A stretch of DNA of 64,000 nt. Origin: Eledone cirrhosa (Eukaryota). The stretch covers positions 62,372,001 to 62,436,000 of the forward strand of contig OZ024747.1 in NCBI GenBank assembly GCA_964016885.1, read 5' to 3'. Shown here in pieces: positions 41,340 to 54,410 of the stretch. The notes under the pieces were generated by a model. The model saw only the letters and a program-made list of their open reading frames with translations. It did no database searches and was not told the origin of the DNA. The stretch's first letter is position 1. Each line of letters opens with the position of its first letter. Made by a program: the position numbers and the translations under genes.

Positions 41340-42270
41340 CGTTCTATTGAAGATTGATTAGTAGGCTCTCATACATAACTAGATATCAAGTATTTAACAT
41401 TTCTGAATGGTTATAATGGATGGAATTGTGAGAGAAAATATCTGTACATGTGTATATGCAGTTATTACCTGCAGAATTTTCGGAATGTTTTACATATTTT
41501 TACTGTTCCATTAATGGATTGTACTTGTAATTTCCTAACTAGTCGTGTTTTTTCTGGTTCTGTGAAGCCCAGCTTCTCAATATTTGTATTGGGGCAGTTA
41601 CTAACATATCCTAGTGTTCCAATAATCACAAGTATCTGAAGGTGTAATCAGGGTGGAGTATCTGCAGATTTCTCATTAGTTCTGCATAACTATTCTCATT
41701 TTCGCTAATCTTTAATATTATATTGGCAGCGTATATTTCTATTGGAGATTGATTAGTAGCTTGTCATACATAACTAGATAGCAAGTATCTAACATTTCTG
41801 ATGGTTAAAATGTATGAAATTTTGAAAAAAAAAAAATCTCTACATCTGTATATGCCGTTATTACATGCAGAATTTTCGGAATGTTTTACATATTTTTTAC
41901 TGTTCCATTAATGGATTGTACTTGTAATTTGCTAACTAGTAGTCGTGTTCAAGATTTGTGCTGAGGCAGTTACTAACATATCCTAGTGTCCCAATAATCA
42001 CAGGCATAAATCTGAGCGTATAGTCAGGGTGGAGTATCTGCAGATTTCTCATTAGTTCTGAATAGATATTCTCCTTTTCACTAACCTTTAATATTATATT
42101 GGCATCTGCTAGGTAGCTAACTTCCACTACTGTGCATACCTTCTTTTCCTTGTCCCATATCATTATATCTCGTCTGTTATGCCTGCATTTTATTGTGGTT
42201 TTTCACTAGAACATTCCACCAGTACTCTTTCATACAATGTATGTATATGTCTGCTACATTGCTGTAACTT
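41340..42270 (-). mobile_element. Tandemly duplicated 3' fragments of a family A-like R4/Dong element
   Basis: Homologous to 4030-4480 (RLE C-terminus); leader TTCTATTGRAGATTGATTAGTAG repeated at ~41343 and ~41737. Confidence 0.8.
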
Positions 42271-42302
42271 ATGTATGTATGTATGTATGTATGTATGTAT
42301 GG

Positions 42303-42501
42303 ATATCTCTCTGCACTTGTCGTGACATGGTACCATGGGCCCAGCACTATGTGTCAATAATTGTCACAAGTGTAGTGTTTGTACCAGAGTTTTCAAGTCA
42401 CTGGCTGGACTAAAAAGTCACACTCGTTCAGCGCATCGGTAGGGGTTCTCCTACATGGATATAAAGTAGTGGCCGTACTCGAAAACGAGTTGGCAGCCAC
42501 C
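42303..42501 (-). mobile_element. Short (TACA)n-embedded fragment, near-identical to 47432-47628 (probable 3' end of another R4-like family)
   Basis: CATGGTACCATGGGCCCAGCACTATGTGTCAAT...GAGTTGGCAGCCACC present twice, each followed by TATG repeats; strand is inferred from neighbours. Confidence 0.6.
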
Positions 42502-42512
42502 ATGTATGTATG

Positions 42513-45500
42513 TTATCTCTTTCTCTTAATTTCGAGTATATTTTTTTGACCGGCCACCTTCCTGGTGGCAAGGTTGTAAAAGAAAAGAAATTGTCATCCC
42601 TTGAATCGCAAGAATGTTTTGCAAATTTTGAAGGTGCCAGCTATCGCAGCCATTTGTAGACTATGAATTAGGGAGCTGCGCTCTTTGTCCGCAAATCCAA
42701 GTTCAGTCATACTTTTGTCCAAGCGGGTTGGTATATAACCCGTAGCTCCAATAATGATGGGTATGAAGCTAAAGGTGTATCTTGGATACTGGATTTGTAA
42801 ACTCCTCATCAACGGTCCGTAGATGTCCTCCTTCTCCTGTATTTTTCTGACAACGTTTACATCAAGTGGGCAGCTGATCTCCACAACGGAACACGTTTTC
42901 AATGTGTGGTCCCAAACAGCAATATCAGGCCGGTTGTTCTTTAATTTGGTGGCAGTTTTTATTTTCAGGTTCCACCAGTATTCCTTAGTGCCATCTGTCT
43001 CAATATATTCTTCCTCGTTTGTTGTTAATTTTGTTTTCCGAAGTGCGTTCCAGATGGTTCTAGCTATCCCATCGTGTCTCATGGGAGGTAGTAGCGAGAT
43101 GACATTCTTTCGCAGCTGGCAACAATGTGGCTTACATCCTCGATCTTTGTTTTACATAGCCTACATTTATTGTCAGCTGATGGCCCTCCCATTTTGTGCA
43201 GAAGATATTTGGTAGGGAGTTCTTGTTCCTGTATTGCATAGAGATATCCCTCAAGGTGTGATGTCATAAACTTGTCGGAACTCCATGCCAGGCTTTTTGA
43301 ATGGTTTATCCCCTCTATGGTCTGTGTTTTACGTCTCAAGAATCCATGCACAACCTTTTCTGTAAATTGGTCAATTTTTTCATCTTGTTTGAACATTGAA
43401 TAGGATCTTCCGATTTCTCAGGCTTTATTCCACATCTCTCCTCCAGATCAGTGGCTATTCTAATGATTTTTTTTTCATGCTCATAAACCTGGGCAAGATG
43501 GTTGCCAACCGTTTTCCTCTGTTGAAGATGTTGCTTCAGAGTTACTATCCGGGTCTCATATGATGTTAATATGGATTTTAGACCCCTGCCACCTTCCTTG
43601 CGTGAGAAGTATAGCCTATCCACACCACCTTTGATGTTAAAGTTCCCAGTAACACTGAGAAGTTTGCGAGTTCTAACATCCATCTCACTTAGTTCTTGCA
43701 ATGACCAGTTCAGCAGGCCAAATGTTGGCGTTAGAATTGGCACAGCATAAGTATTGTGGGCAATGTTGTACGCTGACAGTTCTGATGACCATATTTTCTT
43801 TACTCTTCTGAAGTATTCAGTTCTGGTTCTCTCCTTATTTATGGGTCCATCATATCTGACATTCTCATCCTGTCCAAGATATCTGTAGTTGTCACCTGAC
43901 TGTAGAGGTTGTATTGTCAGGCCGTTCATCTCTAGATTTCTAGAGGAGGGCACAGATCTTCCACGTTTTACTGCCAAATATGCACACTTGGACTCACCAA
44001 ATTTCATTTTGATGTCTGTTGAAAATTGTGTAATGAGGTCCAATTTTTTCTTGATGTCATTGATATTTGGCCCAAACAACTTCAGGTCATCAACAAGGAA
44101 AAGATGGGAGATACTTCTGGACCCACTCCTTTGTCCACCTTGTTTCCTGAGTAGGTAAGATAGTGGATTTAGTGAGAGAACGAAGAGTAGCACTGACAAG
44201 CTATCACCCTGAAAGATGCCCTTCTGGTAATGTATCTTATCAGTCTTAACTTGCTCCTTCTCACCTCTGAGGATCAAATTGGTGTACCAGTTCTTGGTCA
44301 GACGTTCAACAGCAGCTACCAGTGGTTGTGGGACTTTGGATAACTGTAAAGCCTTAACAATCCACCCATGAGGTACACTATCAAATGCTTTTTGATAGTT
44401 CAGCCACACCACAGTCATGTTTCTGCGATTCTTTGTTGTTTTTTCTTGAATCATTTTATTAGTTAGTAGGTGATCTATGCAACCCACACCTCCCTCTTTC
44501 CACCAGCTTGCTCAGGTGTTATGATGTTGTTGGTAGCACAGTGATCCTGTAAGAACAGGTTAAGGCACCCAGTATATAATTTATACATGATGTTTTAGCA
44601 GGCTATTGGGCGGTAATTTTTAACAAGGGTGGTTTGGCTATTTTTGGGAATGAGGAGAGTAGTGGCAGTTGATAACCATCTGGGCAGTTCTTGTGTGCCT
44701 TTAATGGTTTCTGTAAACAGCCGTATGAGATCTTGTCGATAGAAAGTGAAATTCTTCAACCAGTATCCTGTAATGAGGTCTGGGCCTGGTGATTTCCTAT
44801 TCGACATTTTCTGTAGAGCTGTTTCCAGTATTGACCCATCTATGTCATATTGTTTTGTCTGGACATGTTGGCAGTAGTCCTGTTCCAGTCCTTTTAGCCA
44901 ATTAGTTTGTCTGTTGAATCCGTCATCCGTTTCCCATACAGATCTCCAGTAGCTCTCAACCTGTTCTTTTGAAGGGGTGTCATTTACAGAGATTGAGGTT
45001 TTACCACCGAAGCTGCGATAAACTGAATTAGGATCTCTGGCAAACAATCTATTTAGCACTTGTCGTTTATGTGCTGTTGACTTATATTTTAGTCTTTCTG
45101 TTGTAGCTGTGAGTTGTTGTTTCAACTGGTGTAAATTGGAGTTCAAAGTTTTAAATTTTGTATCTCCAAATCGTCTCTCTAACCTTTTTTTTTAGTTCTT
45201 CCTGGTGTCGTGTGAAGTTGCTCTCTATGTTGCATTTCATAACGACTGCGATGTGTGAGATACTTCGTCTCAGGGACAAAATTTTGCTTTTTAAATTTCG
45301 CATCCACGCTGGTTCAGGCTTTTTGTTTGTATCTTGATTGCGTGGTTTTAGATGTTTGTTATATGATAGCAATGTGACAGCTGAAACATATAACAAAATG
45401 TTAAGCGTTTCAAATGTCGTTTCTACACCTTTAGATCGTATAGTCTTCAGATAATTGTCAGCTATTTCGTTCACCGCTTCCAATTCCAATTTAGTGGGTT

Positions 45501-46683
45501 CTTTACTGATTTGGGCGTTGTATGGTCTGTTACTCACATTAAGGCTGTGTATCTCTTGAAACATATAGTCCCATATCACTTGTAAGGTGTCCACAAGTTT
45601 TTGGTGTTCTGTTTGTACAGTAGAGTCATGAATTTCAGCCTCGTTGTTGATGTGGTGACAATTACTACTAGAGTTCTCGCTGTTCTTCAGTGGAAGTGGG
45701 ATGGATTTCAGCAAAATTGTTGGTGAGCTGTTCACTGTTAGATTTAGCTAGCCATTCTCTTTGTCTGTCAGTAAAGGTGGGCTGGTTGTCTACAAGGGCT
45801 GTATTTGTAGTATCATTCAATTCCGTTAGATGTATCAATTTACATCTAATGATACATTTTGCCTGTTCATTTAAATGCTTTGGAGAAAAGTCTAATTCTG
45901 TGTGTTTGGAGTTGCATAAAGTTTTTAGCCTTTGCATAAAACCGAACTTTTGGGGTTCAGATTGTTTGTATGCTTCATATAATTCTTTGTTAAGCTCGTA
46001 GCTCCACTGTATACATCGGTTGTAGTTGCGATTTGGTCGAAGGAGACTTGTACGTTTTGCCATGATGAATTCGTCTATTCACTAATATTTTGTATTTATT
46101 TTTCAAAATAGTCGATGATCTTCTTTAAAAGTTTCGCAAAGTTCTGTCAGAATCAAATTTAAAGTTATTCACAGCTTGGGTAATATTTCTTTTCAGTTAG
46201 TTTTTACTTTTACAACGTGTTTTAAACGTTGTTCTTGAATCGTTTGAATCGAGAACAAAAAAAAACGTTACTTAGTATATTTTTTTATGAATGTAATATA
46301 ATATAACAACGCTGTATTTATATGTTAAAGTTTATGTATTATTCATATAAATAGGTGTTCTACAACATACTCACAGTTCAAACACTTATGTTTTTGTTTC
46401 TGAATCGAAAACGTTACTTGCATATTTCTTTACAAATGTAATATAACAACGTTGCATTTATATGTTAAAGTGTATGTATCGTTCATATATCATAAGTGTA
46501 TGTATCGTTCATACAAATAGGTGTTTTACAACACACTTACAGTCCAAACACTTATGCAGAATTATCGTATGTAATCTTACCGCGTAATGTAGCTCAAATG
46601 TTTCCAATATATGGTATGTTGCCTTCATGTAAGCCGTAATTACACACGTCCGATTATCGGACACTGACCATAACGGTCGCCAT
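42513..46683 (-). mobile_element. R4/Dong-like non-LTR retrotransposon (family B), apparently full length (~4.2 kb) but mutated
   Basis: ORF from ATG 46063 to stop 42594 in fragments: NYRPIAC, KAFDSVPH, GIFQGDSLS, FLVDDLKL, CRLCKTKIEDVSHIVASC, NRPDIAVWD..VVEISCP; ~620-bp 5'UTR; (TATG)n on both flanks. Confidence 0.93.
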
Positions 46684-46764
46684 TGTATGTATGTATGTAT
46701 GTATGTATGTATGTATGTATGTATGTATGTATGTATGTATGTATGTATGTATGTATGTATGTAT

Positions 46765-47172
46765 GGTTTTATAATTTCACACATTTTTTACCAATAGAGA
46801 GAGAGTCGGTTTCTAACATAGACACAAGACTGTCATTGGAATTTACACAACATCAACTAGGTAGATATGTATGTATGTCTGCATGGGTAGATATGGATGT
46901 TATTGTATGTGTGGATGTGTATGTTTTGAGTTGTATGTGTGCATGTGTATATGCTTTGTATCTATACATGTGTATATGCAGTTATTAGATGCAACATTTT
47001 TGGAATGTTTTACATATTTTTAATGGATTGTACTTGTAATTTCCTAACTAGTTGTGTTCTTTCTGTTCCTGTGAAGCCCAGCTTCTCAAGATTTGTATTA
47101 AGGCAGTTACTAACATATCCCAGTGCCCCAACAACCACAGGCATAAATCTGAAGGTGTAATCAGGGTGGAGT
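46765..47172 (-). mobile_element. 5'-truncated family A copy (3' UTR + ORF end)
   Basis: Highly similar to 3820-4252; bounded by (TATG)n on both sides. Confidence 0.9.
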
Positions 47173-47695
47173 TATGTATGTATGTATGTATGTATGTATG
47201 TATGTATGTATGTATGTATGTATGTATGTATGTATGTATGTATGTATGTATGTATGTATCCATACATACATACACTGATATAACACCTGCAACCCTGATG
47301 GTATCCAATGATGTTGACTTGTTCTTCTTTTTGGTAAATATCATCTTGGTTAAGAGAGTGGGACTGGCTTTGTGCAGTGCCTTTGCTCACTATAAAAGCT
47401 TCACGGCACAGGCATTGCTTTATATCTGAAGATCTCTCTGCACTTGTCGTCACATGGTACCATGGGCCCAGCACTATGTGTCAATAATTGTCACAAGTGT
47501 AGTGTTTGTACCAGAGTTTTCAAGTCACTGGCTGGACTAAAAAGTCACACTCGTTCAGCGCATCGGTAGGAGTTCTCCTACATGGATATAAAGTAGTGGC
47601 CTTACTCGAGAACGAGTTGGCAGCCACCATATGTATGTGTATATGTATGTATGTGTGTATATGTATGTATGTGTGTATATATATGTATGTATGTG

Positions 47696-47726
<31 letters not shown>

Positions 47727-47788
47727 GTATATATATACATATGTGTATATATATGTATGTATGTGTAGATATATATATATGTATGTAC

Positions 47789-47827
<39 letters not shown>

Positions 47828-48420
47828 TGCGTGTATGTCTGTGTGTGTGTATGTATGTACGTATGTATGTGTCAGAGTATATGCATGTATGCAAGTGCGA
47901 GGATACGGAAATGTCTCCGGTTAGCCTACCAGGAGTGACAGACCACAGATTCTGGTTAGGACAAAGAAGTATAACCGATGTAAAATCTGTGACCCGATGG
48001 CAGTCAATGATGTTGACTTGTTCACTTGGGATACCTGTCGCCATTGTTCAGAGAGTGGGATTAGCCCAACGCAATGCTTTTATTTACTTAAAAAAGATTC
48101 AAGTTGAGGCATCACTTGGTCTCAGCAGCTTTCTCGTATCTCACATAGGCATGGCTGTTTATAGCCCTAAAAGGCATTTTTTGTATTGATAGAAACGTTC
48201 GTAAATCAAATTAGATTATTTATTATAATATAATCATGGTTATTTTTATTGATTTTATATCTATGCCCTGCGATATAGTAAAACTAATGAGATTGTAAAT
48301 TTACCGATTGGGTTAAACTCTAAGCAGTATTTTCCCTCTATCGTTGTGAGCTATAAAATCACATTTGAGCTTTGAATTATTCTTTGCCTTTATATGTTTG
48401 AATTATCAACTCATCTAACC

Positions 48421-48461
<41 letters not shown>

Positions 48462-48641
48462 ATAAGCTTACTACCTCCGAAACCCATCCCCGGACGGGAG
48501 CTTTGAGTAGCTGCAAAAATAAGGAAGCTTGTCCACTCGAAAACAAATGCCTGACGAATGACATCGTATATAAATGTGATGTCATCTCAGGCATCGGTGA
48601 CAACAACAAAAATACTTATATACTTATATCGGAATGACTTC

Positions 48642-48680
<39 letters not shown>

Positions 48681-48796
48681 GGTTGTGATATGTCCGCCAC
48701 ACGATATGCTCGCTTATAGACGGACTGTTAACATCGTGTTCTATACTAAAGCGAGCATATCAAAAGCAAAAAACAAAATAATATTAGACCTTAATA

Positions 48797-48867
48797 CTTG
48801 TCTGATGGCAACATTTCAAATTATTATCAGGCAACCACTTTGATGTATTCGAAATGTGCATAACAGG
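48797..48867 (+). ncRNA. Decayed hammerhead (core CTGATGG); paralogue of 54341-54410
   Basis: CTTGT-CTGATGG...GAAA-TGTGCA-TA-ACAGG; upstream hairpin GATATGCTCGCTT/AAGCGAGCATATC shared with 54440-54520. Confidence 0.5.
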
Positions 48868-49016
48868 ATGATGAAATAACCAGAGCATGTACACATGATA
48901 CCGTCTCTATTCTATTTCATAATATTGACACTCCATCTCACACCCATATTGACACCTAACGGAACCCACTTCGTGGAGTGCTTACGTGTGCTTACACCAC
49001 AGTCACTTTTTACTTG

Positions 49017-49051
<35 letters not shown>

Positions 49052-49074
49052 TATATTTATACACACACACACAC

Positions 49075-49117
<43 letters not shown>

Positions 49118-49126
49118 ATAAATATA

Positions 49127-49189
<63 letters not shown>

Positions 49190-49825
49190 GGTCAGACTCG
49201 TCAGAGTCAGGGCTTGACCTCAAACATATTTGTTTCAAAAATCAATTTCAAAGTTATAAAGCCGTTAAGGCATAAGGCGAAAATAATTGTGACGTTCCGC
49301 TTAACAATTCCATTTTGTCAAAGGTTTCCCACATGCTTTCCATCACTCTCGTTTGGAATTGTTGGACAAAGATTATTAGATGCTCTTTGTACTATATAGG
49401 AGAAGTTAATTCAACATAGAAGACTTAGCATTCGCTGGTTACTGCATAACTATTTCTCTACAATCCAATATAAGCGGCCATTTTTTTTTCTCGTTTATCA
49501 AACTGTGTGCTGTGGGAAATGCAGTCGATACAACATATCTGCCAAAGATTTGTCCGAAGCAAAATTTGAAGAAAAAACCCTTATGAGCAAAGGGATAGAG
49601 AGTGAGAGAGGGGCAGTGAGAGAAAGAGAGAGGAAAGAGGAGGGAGAGAGCGAGAGAGAATGAGAGAGAGACAGAGAGATAGATAGACAGAGAGAGAGAG
49701 AGGAGGGAGAGAGCGAGAGAGAATGAGAGAGAGATAGATAGACAGAGAGAGGGGGGGGGAGAGAAAGAGTAAAAGATTGATAAAGTGAACGAGGGTTAGA
49801 GAAAGCAATAACACGATATGCGCGC

Positions 49826-49872
<47 letters not shown>

Positions 49873-50326
49873 TGTGCGTGTGCGTGTGTGTGTGTAAAGG
49901 CGTTGTTTCCGTTCCTCATGTGCTAATGTCCATTTTTAAAAGCTCTATTATTATATATACATACGCACACACACACACACTCTCTCTCTCACACACGCAC
50001 ATATGTACACACACACACACACACATATATATACATATATATACCTCTCTACACACATATACATACACAGATACCCTTAACATAATCAGTTCTAACAATC
50101 TAGAACTCGGATGACAATTCAGTATGCCGCTGTGGGTCCTGCAGGAATTTCTAAATAGGTTTTATTAAACATTCTATAGAGAGCTTTTCATTTGAACAAT
50201 GTCCTCGCTTGTATTTTGTCAAATCTCAATATAGAACGAAAGCTAGAACGTGGATGAATTAATATATATATATATAATAAAGAGTTGATATATATCGGTA
50301 TGGTGAACTAACTGTTGTGTTACTAC

Positions 50327-50403
<77 letters not shown>

Positions 50404-50464
50404 TATATATAGAAATAAGCACATATATATAGAAATGAGCACATCTCTATATATATATATATAC

Positions 50465-50515
<51 letters not shown>

Positions 50516-50523
50516 GAAATAAG

Positions 50524-50569
<46 letters not shown>

Positions 50570-50634
50570 TATATATATATATATATATACACACACACGT
50601 ATATATACATACATAGATAGATATATTCATATAA

Positions 50635-50675
<41 letters not shown>

Positions 50676-50959
50676 AACACACACATATATATATATGACA
50701 ACTGTAATTAAACATGACATAACGACTGAACCTCCCCACCTATAGTTTAGAAAGAGTGATTTCCCCTCAAGCAGTAATGAAAGACACAGCACGTGTTTAA
50801 TAAAGTCATTTCTGAAACGACAGCTAAATAAGAAAATCTAATGACGGAATACATTCAGTTATTTATTTCACAATGCAATCTTCTTTGTTAATTATGATAC
50901 ACTATCTGTTCAATGTCCAATTTTACGCTACTAATCAATATATGTAATTTAATTAGCCA

Positions 50960-51019
<60 letters not shown>

Positions 51020-51028
51020 AACACACAC

Positions 51029-51062
<34 letters not shown>

Positions 51063-51163
51063 ATATATATATATATATGTGCACAAACAGACATATAAAT
51101 ATATATATATATATGCACAAACAGACATATATATATGCACAAACACACATACATATATATGTA

Positions 51164-51213
<50 letters not shown>

Positions 51214-51306
51214 ATATATATATTCTATATTAAACCTTTTATACTCTGCTATGTATTGAGTACCTTACTTACTGGGGTTACCTCCGACTCAACCCGGAAT
51301 AACTAA

Positions 51307-51335
<29 letters not shown>

Positions 51336-51340
<5 letters not shown>

Positions 51341-51391
51341 TAAACGGAATAGAAAATGCTGACAAATTGTTCACAGTGACAACGAACACTT

Positions 51392-51424
<33 letters not shown>

Positions 51425-51835
51425 ACACACACACACATATTTGTTGTGAAAGAGTCATTTCTCAGTCAGCCGACACAAACCTACATTTGGCGCAAATTCA
51501 ATTTTTTACATTCACATGACCTCTACCGACCAATCAAAATTGTTTTGACCACAAGAATTTTTGCAACACGAATTGGCGCAAAACTTATTTTAATACCGCT
51601 GGAGCCACTTTTTTAACATAAAAACAGGTAGAATTCCCAAAACTAATCAGATCTGAGCAAACATCACGGACGCTCTATCTCAAAATTATTTTTGAAAAGC
51701 ATTAGAAATGCGCAACCGGTAAAACTTAAAACCAAAACTGAATACTAACCAATACAATTACTAATTCTCACTTATTCCTAATTAAACTACTTTTCACTGA
51801 ACAATTTGTCAGCATTTTCTATTCCGTTTACCAAT
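51336..51835. mobile_element. Element with 38-bp perfect terminal inverted repeats inserted in (TA)n (MITE-like)
   Basis: ATTGGTAAACGGAATAGAAAATGCTGACAAATTGTTCA (51336-51373) and its reverse complement (51798-51835); interior resembles 53090-53440. Confidence 0.75.
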
Positions 51836-51864
51836 ATATAATAACTTGTGTGTTACACCTCTAT

Positions 51865-51919
<55 letters not shown>

Positions 51920-51925
51920 CACATA

Positions 51926-51973
<48 letters not shown>

Positions 51974-51974
51974 G

Positions 51975-52025
<51 letters not shown>

Positions 52026-52143
52026 TATATATATATATACATATACACACATATATTTATATATATATATGTATATGTATGCATATATATTTATATATAT
52101 ATATAGTAAGAATATTTTCGAAACAGCGAGTGGGTTTGAAATT

Positions 52144-52356
52144 ATTAGAAATGTAATCTATCGCCGTATTTTGACTAAAGAAATTAAAGAAGTTATTTAG
52201 CCTGATAGTGGGGTTAAGAACCCTCGGAGAAATGGAAAAAGATGAGTATTGTACGTCAATACTCATCTTTTTCCATTTCTCCGAGGGTTCTTAACCCCAC
52301 TATCAGGCTAAATAACTTCTTTAATTTCTTTAGTCAAAATACGGCGATAGATTACA

Positions 52357-52364
<8 letters not shown>
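52144..52364. repeat. Perfect palindrome, 108-bp arms, 5-nt loop TACGT
   Basis: Arms 52144-52251 and 52257-52364 are reverse complements; embedded in (TA)n. Confidence 0.92.
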
Positions 52365-52389
<25 letters not shown>

Positions 52390-53612
52390 AGCGAAGAGAT
52401 ATTTAATTTGTTGGTAATTTAACAAATATATTTATAACAGATTCGAAGCTCTCGACAAGTTTTCTGGGGTATAATATCAATGATGTTAATAAATGGAAAC
52501 TATATTTATAAAACCATGTACCAACATTTTGGTACGCTCTCATCAGATAAAATACAAAATTTGTTTTATAAATAGTGACATACCCATGTATGTCAGCTTT
52601 GTACCGAAGAAATATTTCATATAATTACCAATCCTGGTAATATTATTAACAAAAAGAAAGAGATATTTAATTCTTGTTTGCATAAATTTTCCAAGACCTT
52701 TAACAACTTAAACATTTATATGATGCTCTGAAATCTGATCTAAGTTGTTTATTTACAATATAAATAATATAATAATAACTATAAAACCTAATAGATCGAA
52801 GCATATCTTACTCAATGTTTATGGAAAACATACCGTGAATGCAATACTTGTAACCTTATGTAACTTAGAGTTATTCCCCGTAGTTTTGTTTACATATTTA
52901 TTAAACACGGTTATATATTTATTTACTCACATAATTATTATAATTAACCCTATACACGTGACTGCATAAAAAATGTTGTTTTTTTTATAAATGTAATTTT
53001 ATATTTACGCGACAGTCATAACCAATCAAATTAAATTTATAAAAAAACAACATTTTTTAGCCACTTTTTTAAGTGAAAATGACAAAGAACCCCAAACGCG
53101 AACTGGTGCGAAAGTTGATGCGCTTATTCACGTTACTACATCAACCAACCAAATTTCACTCATATACGAAAAAACAATTTGAGTCCCCTTTTTTTAAAGG
53201 CAAATACAATAAGAACTTTGTAACGCGAACTGGCGCGAAATTTATTATACTTATTCAGGTGATAGTCATGAACTAACGAAATTATTTTTCTAAAAAACCT
53301 AGCATCTCGAGCCACTTTTTTTTCCACATAAAACAGAAATAACATTCGAACACCAACCAGATGCTAGAAAAACCATAAACCCTCCATCTCAATTCTACTT
53401 TTGAAAAGCATAAGAACTGTGAAACCGATAAAGGAAACAATTAAATATTCTTAAAAAGACTCCAGTTGCATTTTCGATTTCATCTTTTTTCCTTAAACTT
53501 TCTCTCGTGTAGAATATCTCGTTTTTTTTTCATAAAAAAAAAAACACCTAATTTTCTTTATATATATATATATATATATATACATACGTGTGTGTATATA
53601 TGTATATATATG

Positions 53613-54280
53613 AATATATATGTCATGAAAGAACTGAAGAATCTCCTTGTACCGAGAGACCTCCATCTGACCAAATCTCAAACAGATTTGTAGCAGTGAG
53701 AAGTCCTATTGAACCTGCTGAAAATAGCCAGGAATGGGGAATAGAAACAGTACTCGAAGACTAAACTTTTACTGAAGAACACAGAGTCTATGAAGGAATT
53801 GAAACAGAAAATACTGAATGAGCTTGCAGTTGTAAGACATACTAGTATAAATGATAGAGAACCACTTAAAAAACTCCCAAATACCCCCCCCCCCCAAAAA
53901 AAAAACCCCCAACAAATAATTGTTTCTACTTTTGGCACAGGGCCAGCAATTATCCAGTACATTACTGGTACTTTATTTTATCGACCCCGTAAGGATGAAA
54001 GGCAAAGTCAACCTCGGCGGGATTTGAACTCAGATCGTAAAGAGACGTAACTATGCTGGAAAGCATGGCGTCCGACCCTCTACCGATACTGCCAATCCAC
54101 CAACAAATAATGATTGGTAACTCTGTAACAAAAGAAATTATAGAAAAAATTAGAACCTGATTTTACTGAGATAAATGAAATCTTTTATGATACATAAAAG
54201 ATTTCCTTTATCTCAGTAAAATCAGGTTCTAATTTTTTCTATAATTTATTTTGTTACAGAGTTACCAATCATTATTTGTT
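53613..54280 (+). mobile_element. Probable N-terminal fragment of an R4/Dong-like ORF, interrupted by a SINE and ending in a ~180-bp palindrome
   Basis: MKELKQKILNELAVVRHTSINDREPLKKL resembles the corresponding N-terminal region of families A/B; inverted arms 54102-54189 / 54193-54280. Confidence 0.5.
53921..54100 (-). mobile_element. tRNA-derived SINE with 11-bp TSD CAACAAATAAT
   Basis: Full consensus match; TSD at 53910-53920 and 54101-54111. Confidence 0.92.
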
Positions 54281-54340
54281 TGCTAGAGTAATTGAAACAA
54301 GTTGTTTACCACAAAAAAACAAAACAAAAAAACAAAAAGT

Positions 54341-54410
54341 TTGTTATGCACATTTCAAAAACATCAAAGTCGTTGTGTGACAATTATTTCCTGTGCTGTC
54401 ATCAGACAGG
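54341..54410 (-). ncRNA. Type I hammerhead motif
   Basis: Minus strand CCTGT-CTGATGA-CAGCAC...TGTTTTT-GAAA-TGTGCA-TA-ACAA; stem II imperfect. Confidence 0.55.

Noticed and set aside
52430-52555. Minus-strand TATTTTATCTGATGAGAGC hammerhead start
   Set aside because: The 3' core reads CGAATC rather than GAAA; at best a dead relic
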